Source: Savitreella phatthalungensis (taxonomy: Eukaryota). From it: 64,000 nucleotides of DNA. A model generated the notes under the pieces. The model was not told where the DNA came from. It saw only the letters and a list, made by a program, of their open reading frames with translations, and ran no database searches. The stretch's first letter is position 1. Every line of letters starts with the position of its first letter. Positions 19,071 through 30,432 of the stretch are shown here, piece after piece. The position numbers were made by a program, and so were the translations under genes. Location of the stretch: contig AP039691.1 in assembly GCA_051599415.1 (NCBI GenBank), forward strand, positions 186,001-250,000, read 5' to 3'.

Positions 19071-21921
19071 TCAAACTGGTGGTGGATGGATGCTGGTATC
19101 GTGACCTAGCTTCATGATGACTAGTCGTTCTTCGTTGACGATGCCTGATCTGGAGGTGCCCATTCTCGGGAAGACGCACCTGAGAATGCGCTGGACGATA
19201 GAGTCGAGACCATCAGTCTCGCCTGCAGTCACTTTCTCTCGCAGGATTCGGCACTGGCGGTACACGTACTGTGGGTCTGTTGCATGCGCGTTCGCGTCCG
19301 GGCCTGAGACAGGTGGACTTTTGGCTGCTGCTGCCGCTGCAGCGTTTGCGAGCGATGTCGTAGGGTCGTACATGCTGTCATTTGAGGTCGAGATGCCGGC
19401 TGATGATCGGCCTGGCGGAGCTTCCATAGCTGTTGATGCTGTGATGGACACTGATGAGGGTGTGCTGCCTGTGCCACCGGCTAAGAGGGAGGTGGTCGAC
19501 GTCGAAGTACCTGGACGGCCGCCACCAACGGTCGCTGACGTGGCCTGATTTGACTGCCGCGGAGATTGGCCACGCTCTCGCTTGACGCTGAGCAGGAACG
19601 CCCAGACCATCAGTCCCGCATTGTACAACATCGTGGGCAGCATCATCTCTTTTGCCATCAGATTCGTGCCAGCAGGCACAGGCTGCAGATCTGAGCAGAG
19701 TTCCTCGATGTTATTGAGGGCAGCTTCCACCTGATCGAGGGACAATTTCTGGGAGGTGACTCTCTTGATGGCGGCTTGCGCTCGCTCTGGAAGGACAACT
19801 TTGCCACCGGAGTAGACGGCACCAGCAGCAGCCTCGATGTCTTGCGGATTCACGTACAGGTAGCTGCAGGCAAGGCGATAATATCGGCGTGCGTTTGCGG
19901 CGAAGGGATTGTCTGGCACACCCGTAGTAGGGCTGTGGGGTTCTCGTGCTGCAGCATTGACAAGTACCTTGTTGAAGAGTGCTAGAGCTTTCTCCAGAAC
20001 GAGACGTTCTGACCTGGCTGTAGCGGAATTGCCGGGAGTGGACTGGGTTGAAAAGATGATTCGCGCAGATCGTCGCTCTGTGTGCTGAGAGATCATGTTC
20101 AGGAGACCATGAGCAACGAGATAGCGGTGGGTCGGGTGAAAGCGCTGCTGCTCGAGCACGGTCTCGTCTTCGACGATGAAGGCATTGATAAGGTCGCGGT
20201 ATAAAATGCTGGAGTCGTGCCTGTTGGACGGTGTTTTTGCCTGGATGGCCATCCATTTGGACGCTGACTCTGCTTCCCAGAGCTCGTCATTACAGGGCAT
20301 GGCGATCTTCATATCCTCGACCGTGAGTACCTGGGCGTGGTTGAAGTGAACAGAGTGCTGGACATCGGTGACGAAGATGAAGTGAGCCAATCGCTTGACG
20401 CTTTCTCGCTTCACCCATTCTCGCCACTTCTCCCCGGAACTCAGACGAGGACCGTGGAACTTCATCGTGTCCTCGATCGTCATGAAGGTACTGCGGCGGG
20501 CGAGGACGACGAGCTGGCCATGGAGAATGTCTGATTTCTCGTGCTCGGTGCGAGAGCCGAGGAAGGTGCCTGCGATCTCGTGGAGGAGCATAGCCTGGAG
20601 GAATTCGAGGTTGACTTCGGATAAAGGCTTGTCCGGATTGTAGAGGCGCCTGCGAGCGATCGTGTGCACCTCGAGACCGACACTCCAGGTATCCGACCTC
20701 GAGGTCTGGATGAGGAAGCCGAAGGAGACAAGTGCCATCAGCATCTCAACCTCCATGTTGTCCGGTCGGAGGGTAGGTCTATGGAGGATTGGAAGGGCTG
20801 TGTCGAGAGAGTCGAGCGCATCTCGAATCGCTCGCTGGATGCTTTGTGGGGCAAACCAGTGCTGCGCCTGAAGCTCGAGAGGCAAGCAGGCGAGGATCCT
20901 GTCACGCACACGCGGAGAAATCAGCAGCTCGTCCTGGCTGCCGAGGTACTGATGGTCGCCGGTAGAGCTTGTCCTGATGGAGACATTGTCCTGCCAGCCG
21001 TCTTGTGGAGTGTCCTGAAGGAGAGGCTCATCGAAGAGACCGTTGTTTCCAAGGAGCCAATTCCAATCGACAGACTCGAGATTGCCGACCTGACCATTGT
21101 TCATCGCTGTCGGTAGAACCGGCACAAAGCCTGGCATCGACATGGGCGAGGCTGCAGCTGGAGCGGATGCGACGGCGTATGGGTTTGGGCCGCCCCATGC
21201 ATTTGCAGGCCACTGCTGTTGCTGGTGTTGCTGCGGTTGCCCAGTGCGTTCCTGGAGGTGTTGCTGATGCTGCTTCTGGTACCCGTGAGCATGATGCTGG
21301 TTGGACTGGATTGAGCCTGGAGAAAGGCCTGAGGGCGATAGGCTGGAATGGTCTGACCTTGCGTATTGTAGCGGATCGAGAGAGTGGTTGCTCTGCTGCT
21401 GCAATTGCTGGACTGAAGTGCCGCCTCCGGGCGCCTGCGGCTGAGCCATCATACCGTTGTTGTTGTGTGAGTGCTGTGAGCCTGGTGTGAGCGGGTCGGG
21501 GTAATTTAGAGGAGAGTAACCGCTGCCATGACGAGCAAGGGCAGGTCTGCTGAGTGAGGGCATGGACGAGCGATGCTGATAGTTTGGCCGTACAGGAGCA
21601 CTGTGCTGCTGTTGCTGCTGCTGCTGCTGCCCAGGTGATGGCTGTGGTGGTGGCGGGAGAACCGCATCTCGTGAGATGGCATCGAGGTCCGATGCATCTG
21701 CTGTGGAGATGGCTCGACGCTTGAGTGCCCTGCTGTCTGTGGAGTCCCTCCTCTCGTGTCGCTGGAGATGACGCTGGAGAAGGTCGTTGCGGGTGAACAG
21801 CTTGTTGCAGTACTTGCACGACATGGTTGCTGCCTGATGGTTGAGCTGGTGACGCGTGAGATGTTCTAGACGAATGTATGCCTTTGTGCAGCCTTCGAAG
21901 TCACAGACATAGCGCTTGTGC

Positions 21922-21992
<71 letters not shown>

Positions 21993-22019
21993 AGAGTCAT
22001 CCCCTTCTGTCGAGTCCAT
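19071..22019 (-). CDS. C2H2 zinc-finger transcription factor with fungal-specific TF (Fungal_trans) domain
   Basis: Two C2H2 fingers (CDFEGC..HLTRHQLNH; CKYC..LQRHLQRH), Q-rich region, LPILHRPT, WREWVKRESVKRL, MPCNDELWEA. Confidence 0.85.
21924..21992 (-). repeat. Perfect (CAG)23 microsatellite encoding polyQ
   Basis: 69 nt of uninterrupted ctg on the + strand. Confidence 0.95.
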
Positions 22020-22559
22020 GATGGACTAGGTGGACAGGACTCTTGGACAGCAGAGCGCGAGCGCGGAGGGCGTCCTGGTGTAAGAGGGATGAATGTGTGT
22101 GTGCGAAGGCTAGGATGGGTGTTTGGACATCTGTGAAGGTCGCGCGTGTTTCGTAGCTGCTATCGGGTAGACGGGCTTGAGTCCTGAAGGCCTATGCTGA
22201 TGGATAGGCTGCGAGCACGTCGGGATTTGAGGGTTGCGGCTGTCAAGATCGGGATTGTGCAAAGTTAGCGGCCGAGAAGCAGCACGCGGCTCGGGAAGGC
22301 TGTCGCAGGAGGGTCTGCGGGAGAGGGATAGGGAGCTGTAGTTAGAGGGGTAAGGGGCAGAAGGAAGTCGCGCGATAGGGAAGAGATGTTTTGCTGTGAA
22401 TGATGAAGGGGGATAAGCGGGAGTCTAGGTCGGTATTTGAGGGAGGAGAAGATTGTCTGTGCGGAAGAGGTCAGGGTTTGGATCTGTTGTGTAGATATGT
22501 GGTGTGGATGATATGTTGCGTGGATATGTGATTGTTACGCAGGTTTGACTCGTCGATAG

Positions 22560-23030
22560 GGGGAGAAAGAGAGAGAGAGAGTGGCTCGAGAGGATAGTTT
22601 CGAGCAGCAGAGAGAACGCTTTGACTGTGTGTGTGTGTGACTGTAGGTATGAGTCTGTCTAAATGCGAAGGTAGGTGTGATGGTGTTGATGGAGGATGAT
22701 AGAGAGAGAGGCGTGTTGATCGACCGTTAGAGGTGGATGTGTGTGGATGTGTGTGGGAGTGTGGGCGTGTGGATGGGAGTGTGGGTGTAGTGAGAGAGAG
22801 AGTAGAGAGTCTGGTAGAGTAGAGTAGAGTAGAGTAGACTGTCTCTGCTGTTGCTGACGCCCACTGAGCATATCCATGGCAATCAATGACCTTTTTCACT
22901 TTTAAATTTAGCGTCTACTCACTCCACCCCCACGCATTCATTCATTCATTCATCCGGCCATCCACCTCTACAACTACAGCTAGTGCTCCCTTCACTCCAC
23001 TCACTCGACTCACTCGACTCACTCGACTCT
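22560..23030. repeat. Cluster of simple repeats (GA, GT, (AGAGT)4 at 22816-22835, (CATT)n, (CACTCGACT)3 at 23002-23028)
   Basis: Directly visible in the long region upstream of the C2H2 TF gene. Confidence 0.75.
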
Positions 23031-23238
23031 TTTCACTCATCCATACGAGCTAAGAAAAGTCTCTTTCTCTTTCCCGCCGTTCAGGTTTGAATGCTTCTGA
23101 ACCTGAACCTGGACCTGCATAGGCCATGGTGGGGAAAGAGGGAGAGGATGGTTATGGAGTGGAAGGAGATATGAATAGAGGATATCCAAAGTGGAAGACA
23201 GACTTTTGTTTAGGTGTATTCATCTCTGCTTGAATCAA

Positions 23239-23240
<2 letters not shown>

Positions 23241-23269
<29 letters not shown>

Positions 23270-23279
23270 CTTCTTCTTC
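23241..23279. repeat. (TTC)13 microsatellite
   Basis: Perfect 39-nt trinucleotide run. Confidence 0.95.
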
Positions 23280-24004
23280 TGGTGCTTCTTCTGCTCTTCC
23301 TTCTACAGATTCTACCTCTTTCCTCCTTCTCTCCAATCTACCCTAATGAAGCAAGTTACGGCCGTCAGGTTCCTGCGACCGATGACCGACTTGCTCTTCC
23401 CATTAGACCTGCGCTAAAGCCAGCCAAGATGGAGATAAATCCAAAGGAGCTAGATACTTTCTACTTCCTGTCTTCAATGTCTCTGGTCTGTAGAATGGCC
23501 AGCTGCAACTGAAGAGGATTTATTCAGTGTATACATATGTATAAATTATAGTCTGACTCTGGTGGGGTTGATGTTTGAGGTGAAATTGAAATGGGTGGGA
23601 TTTAGATCTGAGTCAGGTCAAAAACAAAACCATTCACCTAATTCTAATCTGGGGTAAGTAACTCCAGGTTTACCAAGCAGCAGCAGCATCAGCATCATCA
23701 TCACAGTACTCAGTACGATAAACGATGAAAGGCAGAAGAGGATCGAGCATGACGATGTAGATACAGCCTGAGAGAGTCAAAGAGAGTCAAAGATAAGACT
23801 ATGCACTTGGACGTCCACTTGGGAGTCGTATTGTTCACACTCACAAGAACGCGTGTCTTGTTAAAGGAAGCCTTGATCGTCCTATATACTGTGCTTCAGC
23901 TTGGACTTGTCCTTGTACTCGTACTTATTCTTGTGTTCATCCATACAGGCTACGCTAGCCTTCCAAAATCCTCTTTCTCTCCATCGTATCCACATCTCTC
24001 CCTC

Positions 24005-24877
24005 TCACACAACCTTCTCGTCCAACGGGATCCTCTTCCGGGGCTTGATAAAGTTTGACAAATCTCCGACAGGTAGGACGATTGGGAAGTCGAGTGAGTC
24101 TAGGAGTATGACGATGAGCAGATACCATCCTGCCATTGTACACACAAATCCGAATGCACCTGCTGCGACTGTACACTTATGTGCTGCATCCATATTCCCT
24201 GCTGCCGTGTGCCAGTACGTGCCTGCGAGTAGGAGGAATGCCATGTCGACAGTTAAGAAAATGGTTGCAAAGACGACATTTGTCCTGAGGCTGATGACAA
24301 AGTAGACTGTGCACATCAGTCCCCAGAACAACAGGTAGAAGCTGAACCCGGAGTTATACCCAATCGATTCTGCACCTTGAGCTGCAGATCCTGTGGTCGA
24401 GTACGCTGCTTGGAGTCCGTAGAATGATGAATTGAGGATGGCGAATGAGACCCAGAAGCTGCCGAATGAGAAGAAGACGACGAAGGGGAAGGTGTTGCCT
24501 AGGATCCACTCACCGATTCCGGCAAAGATCATACAGGTTCCACCGAGGGCGTAGTAGGCGCCTGTTTGGACGACGGCCGACGTCGCACCTCGCCATCCCA
24601 TCAGCACGCACGACAACGGTGTCAGCGATAGCAGGAATCCCACTAGTCCCAGAGGTGTCGGGTTTCCAAACGTCGCCCGCAGTTGTGACCCTCCAGCCGA
24701 TCTCGTCGGCGACAGGAACAACCTCTCGAATTGTTCTTGTGTCAACGTCACATTCGTCCCGACTCGCGTCAACTCAGCCCCGTTGCTGCCATCGCTCTTG
24801 GGACCGTTGATCCCGATATCGTCAGACCGGCTATTCGATCGATAGTGGTCTCGTCCGTGTGGGTAGGTGTCTGCCAT
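24005..24877 (-). CDS. GPR1/FUN34/YaaH (Ato/Ady2-like) acetate/ammonia transporter
   Basis: FGNPTPLGLVGF signature, GNTFPFVVFFSFGSFW, about six hydrophobic helices. Confidence 0.9.
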   Translation of the reverse strand: MADTYPHGRDHYRSNSRSDDIGINGPKSDGSNGAELTRVGTNVTLTQEQFERLFLSPTRSAGGSQLRATFGNPTPLGLVGFLLSLTPLSCVLMGWRGATSAVVQTGAYYALGGTCMIFAGIGEWILGNTFPFVVFFSFGSFWVSFAILNSSFYGLQAAYSTTGSAAQGAESIGYNSGFSFYLLFWGLMCTVYFVISLRTNVVFATIFLTVDMAFLLLAGTYWHTAAGNMDAAHKCTVAAGAFGFVCTMAGWYLLIVILLDSLDFPIVLPVGDLSNFIKPRKRIPLDEKVV

Positions 24878-24922
24878 TGTGTAGTGTAGTCCGTCTTTAT
24901 TCGACCAACCATGGTCCGAACC

Positions 24923-24930
24923 TTTATATA
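24923..24930 (-). promoter_or_regulatory. Putative TATA box of the Ato-like gene
   Basis: TATATAAA on the minus strand about 45 nt upstream of ATG 24877. Confidence 0.5.
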
Positions 24931-25754
24931 TGTACCAGGCTCCTTACAGCACGGTCGACTCACAACTCACTCCTGCCTGCTGTCTACTCGCGCCTGAAGA
25001 ATCCCTGCCTGTTGGACAAGCGAGAGTGAGTCACTGGACTGCAGAGACTTAGGCACAAGAATGAACTGGTGGGATGAAAGAATAAAATCGAGTAATGAGG
25101 TCCGCAGGAAGCAAGTCATGTGAGATGCATGCGTTGTTGATCAAATCGGGAGCCATAGAGCTCTGTGGGTCCAGGATGGTCGGTCGATCTACGCTGATGC
25201 TGATTTGATGTACACCAGGTCAGCTGGTCTCCCGAAGTGCAGGGCCACAATGGACCCATGGTCCAGCTCCAGCTCATTCACGGCCGTTTTTGTGGGTCGT
25301 GCAGCTTGTTTGCCTTTGCCTGGTCTCGGACTGTAGATCGCTGTGGCTGCCGATGGTCACTGGCTTCCTGCACGCTTTCTGACTTGTTGCTCTATAAAAC
25401 TCCGGTCACCTGCTCCTGTACTTGCGTCGATTTTCTCGCCTGCTGTAGATCAGAAGCGCGTATTCCATTACCCCGGATCGTCGTTTTTTCCCCACACCCC
25501 ACACCCCACACTTTTTTTTTCCCTTCCTCAAATTCCTTCAGACACCGATTCCGAAATTCGCTTCAAGCTAGCTAGCATAGCATTGTCAGTCGCTCGGACC
25601 TGCACGTCAATTTGCAGAGCCAGCTCTGTCCGTTGGCTTCGGTCCGCGTACGCCCTGCTCAGACCGCACTCAGCCATTGATTGACTCGATCGTGTGCCAG
25701 TACAGCCGTTGGTGATCCACCTGGCGTCGAATGTGAGAATGAAAGAGAGACCTG

Positions 25755-27491
25755 TCACAAAAGCCTCCTGCGCTTGCGCACGTACACTGTGTCTTGGCCG
25801 AACGTCCGCTTGGCAATGACTGGATAGTGCTCCGTCTCGGCCTGTAGATCGACTTGAATACCTGCACCGACTGTCTTCGGAGAGACTGTGACGATGAGGA
25901 GATCGAGGTCTTGTGGATGTGCTAGGAGGTCGTTGATGATGGCTGCACCGCCTTCGACCATCAGACTAACGTCCTTGCGTGTCTTTTGGAGGTGATCTCG
26001 GACTGTTCGCCAGGCGAATCTTGATTCCGCTCCTGACACTCCAACCTGCTCGACTGTCGCGACAGACTCTCCAGCGACATCCACACCCTCCCCGACGAGA
26101 TGCACAGGCTTCTTACCACTGCCGGCCACGTGCAATTGCCACAGCTTGCTCGACTCCCTGATGGCGAGCTTGCCCCGGGGGTCGAGGACGAACGGCTCTG
26201 GCTGTTGATGCAGGGGCATCGGCGTAGTACCATCGGCTTCACGTGCATTCAACCCTGGATCGTCAGACTGGAAAGTGCCTGAGCCGACGGCAATCTGTCG
26301 GTGCACGCGACGAAGGTGGTGTGTCATCCGCATGCTCTCGCTACCCGATATCCGCATGGGTTTACGATCCGGTCCAGCGATGAATCCGTCTGACGTGCGC
26401 GCGTACGTCAACGTGATGCCGCGTGGTCTCAGTAGGCGCACAAACTCGCGTGCCATCGTCTCAGGGTCTGCAAGTGATTCAGACGGAGGTTTGACGCCTT
26501 CGAGACGCGTTGCCAATGTGTCTTCCCAATCTCCAGTCTCGAAGGGCTTCCAGGGCAAAGCGTCCTTCAGCTCGTGATCTGCTACCCGTGTTCGTGTGAG
26601 AGCAACCATGTGAGCTGCTGATCCACAAGCCTTGCCGAGATCATGAATGAGTGAGCGCACATACGTCCCGCCCGATACGGTCATTCGTAGCTTGACAGCC
26701 ACGGTCTGACTAGATGCATCTGCTGCTGTAACACCATGGCCATTCTCGAGCTTGACTCGTTTGGTGGGCTGAGAATCTGCCTCATCAGCCTGGATCTCGT
26801 CCTCTGGAGCGCCTTTGTTGACACCCAGACTCTCTGCTATCAGCCGACTACTGAGCTTCGTGTCCTCTTCCGCCTCGCTTTCTGGCAGCCTCCACGTGTG
26901 GTCAGTCGTGTAGTCGAGCATCTCGAGAACGCTGACAGTTGCGTTGCGAGGCTTGATCGGTTCTGGCAGGGGTTTGTTGTTCCGGGCGTACCAGTACAGT
27001 GGCTGACCCTGCATCTTGATGGCCGAGTAGATTGGCGGTGTTTGAGTGATATTACCTCGGAGACCTTCGAGCTTGGACTCGATCAGATCTCTCGTCAGAT
27101 GCGAGGTCGAGGCACGCTCGAGGATCTTGCCTTCGGCGTCGTACGTGTCGGTAGAACACCCGAACAGGGCGACTGCCTCGTACTCCTTCGTGCAATCGAG
27201 GAAAGCCTGGAGTTTCCTGGTGCCGTTCCCGATGCCGACAACAAGCACACCGTCTGCAAGCGGGTCTAACGTGCCTCCATGACCCATCTTGACCTGTGCA
27301 GAACCTCCTCCACCTCGCTTTCCACCGCGACCTCGTCTGGCACCCGCCCCACGACTCTGATGGTCCAGCGCATCTGCAGCCGAGAGTGAGTCGGCAAACA
27401 TCGGCGACATGCTAAATACGAGCTTCAGGTAGTCGAGACATGCGGCAGAAGAGGAGCCAGAAGGCTTATTGATGGCAAAAACGCCGCTCAT
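25755..27491 (-). CDS. PUS4: Fusion: tRNA pseudouridine-55 synthase (Pus4/TruB) + Rib7-like (RibD_C) riboflavin-pathway reductase
   Basis: N-terminal part: FAINKPSG, KMGHGGTLDPLADGVLVVGIG, TDTYDAEG, QTPPIYSAIKMQG, VSGGTYVRSLIHDLG. C-terminal part (about 26430-25755): ITLTYARTSDG, ISGSES..MTHHLR, VGSGT...DDPGLNAR, SLMVEGGA. No stop codon between the two. Confidence 0.85.
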   Translation of the reverse strand: MSGVFAINKPSGSSSAACLDYLKLVFSMSPMFADSLSAADALDHQSRGAGARRGRGGKRGGGGSAQVKMGHGGTLDPLADGVLVVGIGNGTRKLQAFLDCTKEYEAVALFGCSTDTYDAEGKILERASTSHLTRDLIESKLEGLRGNITQTPPIYSAIKMQGQPLYWYARNNKPLPEPIKPRNATVSVLEMLDYTTDHTWRLPESEAEEDTKLSSRLIAESLGVNKGAPEDEIQADEADSQPTKRVKLENGHGVTAADASSQTVAVKLRMTVSGGTYVRSLIHDLGKACGSAAHMVALTRTRVADHELKDALPWKPFETGDWEDTLATRLEGVKPPSESLADPETMAREFVRLLRPRGITLTYARTSDGFIAGPDRKPMRISGSESMRMTHHLRRVHRQIAVGSGTFQSDDPGLNAREADGTTPMPLHQQPEPFVLDPRGKLAIRESSKLWQLHVAGSGKKPVHLVGEGVDVAGESVATVEQVGVSGAESRFAWRTVRDHLQKTRKDVSLMVEGGAAIINDLLAHPQDLDLLIVTVSPKTVGAGIQVDLQAETEHYPVIAKRTFGQDTVYVRKRRRLL

Positions 27492-28099
27492 CGTGGACAG
27501 GCACCGTCGCGAACGAGTTGAAGTGGCTAGCACGGTCGTGATGCCCTGCGGAATGGACCGAAGCAGCTTGAGGATTCGTCGGAAGGAAGCGAGGCCTACT
27601 GCCTCATGTAGAGACCTGTCGGAGACTTGTAGATGAGTGTGTGAAAGAGTGAACGACCAGAGCTGCTTCTGGAGTGTGTTATTCTACATATGCCATCATC
27701 AAGACTCAATTGATCCACCGATCAATCCTTTTTCCATTGGGGCTACGTACATAGTTAGATAGTCCGTACGCGAAAGAAGACAACATTGGAGCATCGTCTT
27801 CCCTCAAAGACCTTACGCGCGTTCTCGCTTTGTCTCTTCTGTTTCGCGCTGCGAGTCGCAGATCCACTCGACTGATTTCAGAAAATCTTCCTCGCATTAC
27901 CAGCATGATACAAGCCCAACTCGCGCTGTCACGCTCGTATGTGGTCATCTGAACCCTGTCACATACCTGTCCCAGGCCGCGACCACGCCGCTTACATGAA
28001 CTCGTGACGCAACAGCATCAAGATCACGCTCCGCTGATATCGGAAAGAATGCTGAACTAGCTATTCTCGTGCAGGCACGCAAGAAACCACGCACGAGCC

Positions 28100-29677
28100 A
28101 TGAATTGGCATGACAGCTTGCACGGCAATCTCAAAGCCAACATTTCTGGGAAACACGCTCAGGCGAATGACGTGCAGAGGCCGCGTCCGCGAATGACTCG
28201 TTCGGAAAGCGTGCTTCCCGTGAAAGTGCGCGCACTTACACCTGGGCTTCCATCTACCAGTGCTTCTGCTACACCTGGTACCAACACAAGAGAGAGCTCA
28301 GGTGACGAAACACCACCGTTGTCCATCACACCGCGCGTCAAGAGCAGTCTTCAGGCCGGAAAATCACAAAGATCAGCTTCCACGCGCGTAGGCCCTGAGT
28401 CGTCACCGAGACTCGTCAAGTCCTTGTCAGCACGGCAGGTGGCCACGACGCATAGCTCTGCAGCATCACAAGCACCGAATAGACCCGATAAGCTGACACG
28501 AAGTCGATCGTCTGCTGCTGTCATCGTCCAGACCGATCCACAGGCCTTGCCGACGGGCAACACCATGCCGCTAGTACCGCGAGCTCAGCAGAACAAGGGC
28601 TCGCACGCCACACCTGTGCTGCGTGCACGTGCAAGCAGCAGCAATCTGGTATCGTCTGGCGTGGGCAGTGCCGGCAGCAGGTCACGAACACGCACAGTCA
28701 CCTCATCGCAAGGCTCTGACGGCAGCACGTCAGTGGGTGAACCTCGGCCGAGCTCACGTCTGACCCAGCGACTTTCCACAGCGTTGAGCCCAAATACATC
28801 CGACATCGAGCATGCCTCATCCGCCGGTCCTCGACCAGGTCCCCGAATGAAGACGATGAGGCGACTGCCATCAGAATCGACAATATCGAATGGTGTCTCG
28901 CCCGCGTCTCCTGCCAAGGAATTTCCCGGTGCTGTGATGGCGGTATCACCGATCGCTTCTCCGGTTAAGGAATTCCCGTCCTCTGGAGTTCACACCGGCA
29001 TTGACTCGCCCACTCGTAAGCGCCATCCCCTCCAGCCGCCGCAGCTCTCGCGCCAGCCGAGCCGCGTTGAGCTCACATCGCCACGACTCGGTTCAGAGAC
29101 ATCGGATTCCTCATCCACGGTATTCAGCATCCCTCACCCGCAGACGAACTCCCTAAGCCGTGAGCCTCACCAGCCTGAAGACGAGGCAGTTGTCCACACG
29201 ACCGCACAGAATGCTCGCAAGCTCGCAGACCTCGAGATCCGGAATGCGAGTCTGATGGCGGTGAACGCGTCGCTGGAACGGCGGACGCGACGGTGGGCGA
29301 AAGAGATTGCTGACCTGCGACGCTGTGGTCCGTCAAGTGGTGGCCAACCGACATCGACAGCAATACTGCCAGACGATCTGGTCAATGAAGAGAATCCGGA
29401 CGACCACCACCCATCCATACCGCTCGATGCAGCCATCGACAGAGCTCTCGTCCTAGCCGACCACCTCGTCAGGGCAGCCGAGGAAGGACTTGCTTGGCGA
29501 CCTAAGATCCACGAGGATGCGATCGCTCGAGCAACAGAGGGCGTTCGACGTGTCGTGTCACGTGATCGGCGCATGAATGAGGATGATGGAGATTCCACTG
29601 TCGATCACTCCCATATCACAAACCCGGAAGATATCACATTCGATGACGACCCACCAGCAAACCACCTTGCACCCTAA
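28100..29677 (+). CDS. Ser/Pro/Arg-rich disordered protein with C-terminal coiled coil (unknown function)
   Basis: 525-aa ORF. RKLADLEIRNASLMAVNASLERR resembles a coiled-coil motif seen in uncharacterised fungal proteins. Confidence 0.7.
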   Translation: MNWHDSLHGNLKANISGKHAQANDVQRPRPRMTRSESVLPVKVRALTPGLPSTSASATPGTNTRESSGDETPPLSITPRVKSSLQAGKSQRSASTRVGPESSPRLVKSLSARQVATTHSSAASQAPNRPDKLTRSRSSAAVIVQTDPQALPTGNTMPLVPRAQQNKGSHATPVLRARASSSNLVSSGVGSAGSRSRTRTVTSSQGSDGSTSVGEPRPSSRLTQRLSTALSPNTSDIEHASSAGPRPGPRMKTMRRLPSESTISNGVSPASPAKEFPGAVMAVSPIASPVKEFPSSGVHTGIDSPTRKRHPLQPPQLSRQPSRVELTSPRLGSETSDSSSTVFSIPHPQTNSLSREPHQPEDEAVVHTTAQNARKLADLEIRNASLMAVNASLERRTRRWAKEIADLRRCGPSSGGQPTSTAILPDDLVNEENPDDHHPSIPLDAAIDRALVLADHLVRAAEEGLAWRPKIHEDAIARATEGVRRVVSRDRRMNEDDGDSTVDHSHITNPEDITFDDDPPANHLAP

Positions 29678-29886
29678 CTATAGCTTCACCCACAATCACC
29701 CACCACCGAAGCAAGATGACCAGATGTATACGTAGTCTGCAATGCATGAGTAACGACGATTGTTTGGTTAATGAATGTGTGTGCATCAATCAGTCACCTT
29801 GCTACAATAATAGGGAACTCTGGAACATTGTCTGTGTAGATGTGGTAGACTTGTCCGGTCTTTGTATGGATGAACGAACGCTAAGC

Positions 29887-30432
29887 CTACTGTGGCTTGA
29901 GGATACCCTTGCCCTCTAGCTCTTTCTGGTCAGGTCTGCCTGCGATCTTGGCGTCGAGCGTGTCTTCTAGCTGTGACTTCTTGAGCTGGTCCTGCTTTGC
30001 CTGGAGTGCTGGAGCGACGTTGTTGCCAGCCTGCTTGAGGATGTTCTTCTGCTGGAGTTCTTCAGGTGAAGGTCTGTGAGCAAGCGCATCGTCAAGCTTC
30101 TTCTCCTCCTTCGGAGACAGCGGACCGATCGGCTTGTACGCCTTGCCGTCAGCGTCAACGGCGGCAGGCTCTCCGGTGATCGCAGTGTTGATCTTCTGGC
30201 CAGCGTCCTTCACAGCAGCAGAGGCACTGTCAAGGTACGGCTTGGTTGCCTGGTGAGCCTGCTCGAGGTACGGCTTTGTAGCAGCGGTTGCTTGGTCCAC
30301 GTATGGCTTTGTCGCAGCGGCGGCCTGATCGACGTACGGCTTTGTGGCAGCAGCAGCCTGGTCGACGTAAGGTTGGACGGTCTTCTGGACGTCAGCAGCT
30401 GCCTTTGAAAGTGTCTCGCGAATGGAGTCCAT
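29887..30432 (-). CDS. RPEL-repeat protein with N-terminal 11-mer amphipathic repeats
   Basis: Two RPEL motifs (LAHRPSPEELQQKNILK; IAGRPDQKELEGKGILK) and five KPYVDQAAAAT-type repeats. Confidence 0.8.
   Translation of the reverse strand: MDSIRETLSKAAADVQKTVQPYVDQAAAATKPYVDQAAAATKPYVDQATAATKPYLEQAHQATKPYLDSASAAVKDAGQKINTAITGEPAAVDADGKAYKPIGPLSPKEEKKLDDALAHRPSPEELQQKNILKQAGNNVAPALQAKQDQLKKSQLEDTLDAKIAGRPDQKELEGKGILKPQ
30211..30375 (-). repeat. Five degenerate 33-bp coding tandem repeats
   Basis: QPYVDQAAAAT/KPYVDQAAAAT/KPYVDQATAAT/KPYLEQAHQAT/KPYLDSASAAV. Confidence 0.85.

Noticed and set aside
22471..23417. ORFs with poly-F or His/Thr-rich translations
   Set aside because: These are translation artefacts of microsatellites.
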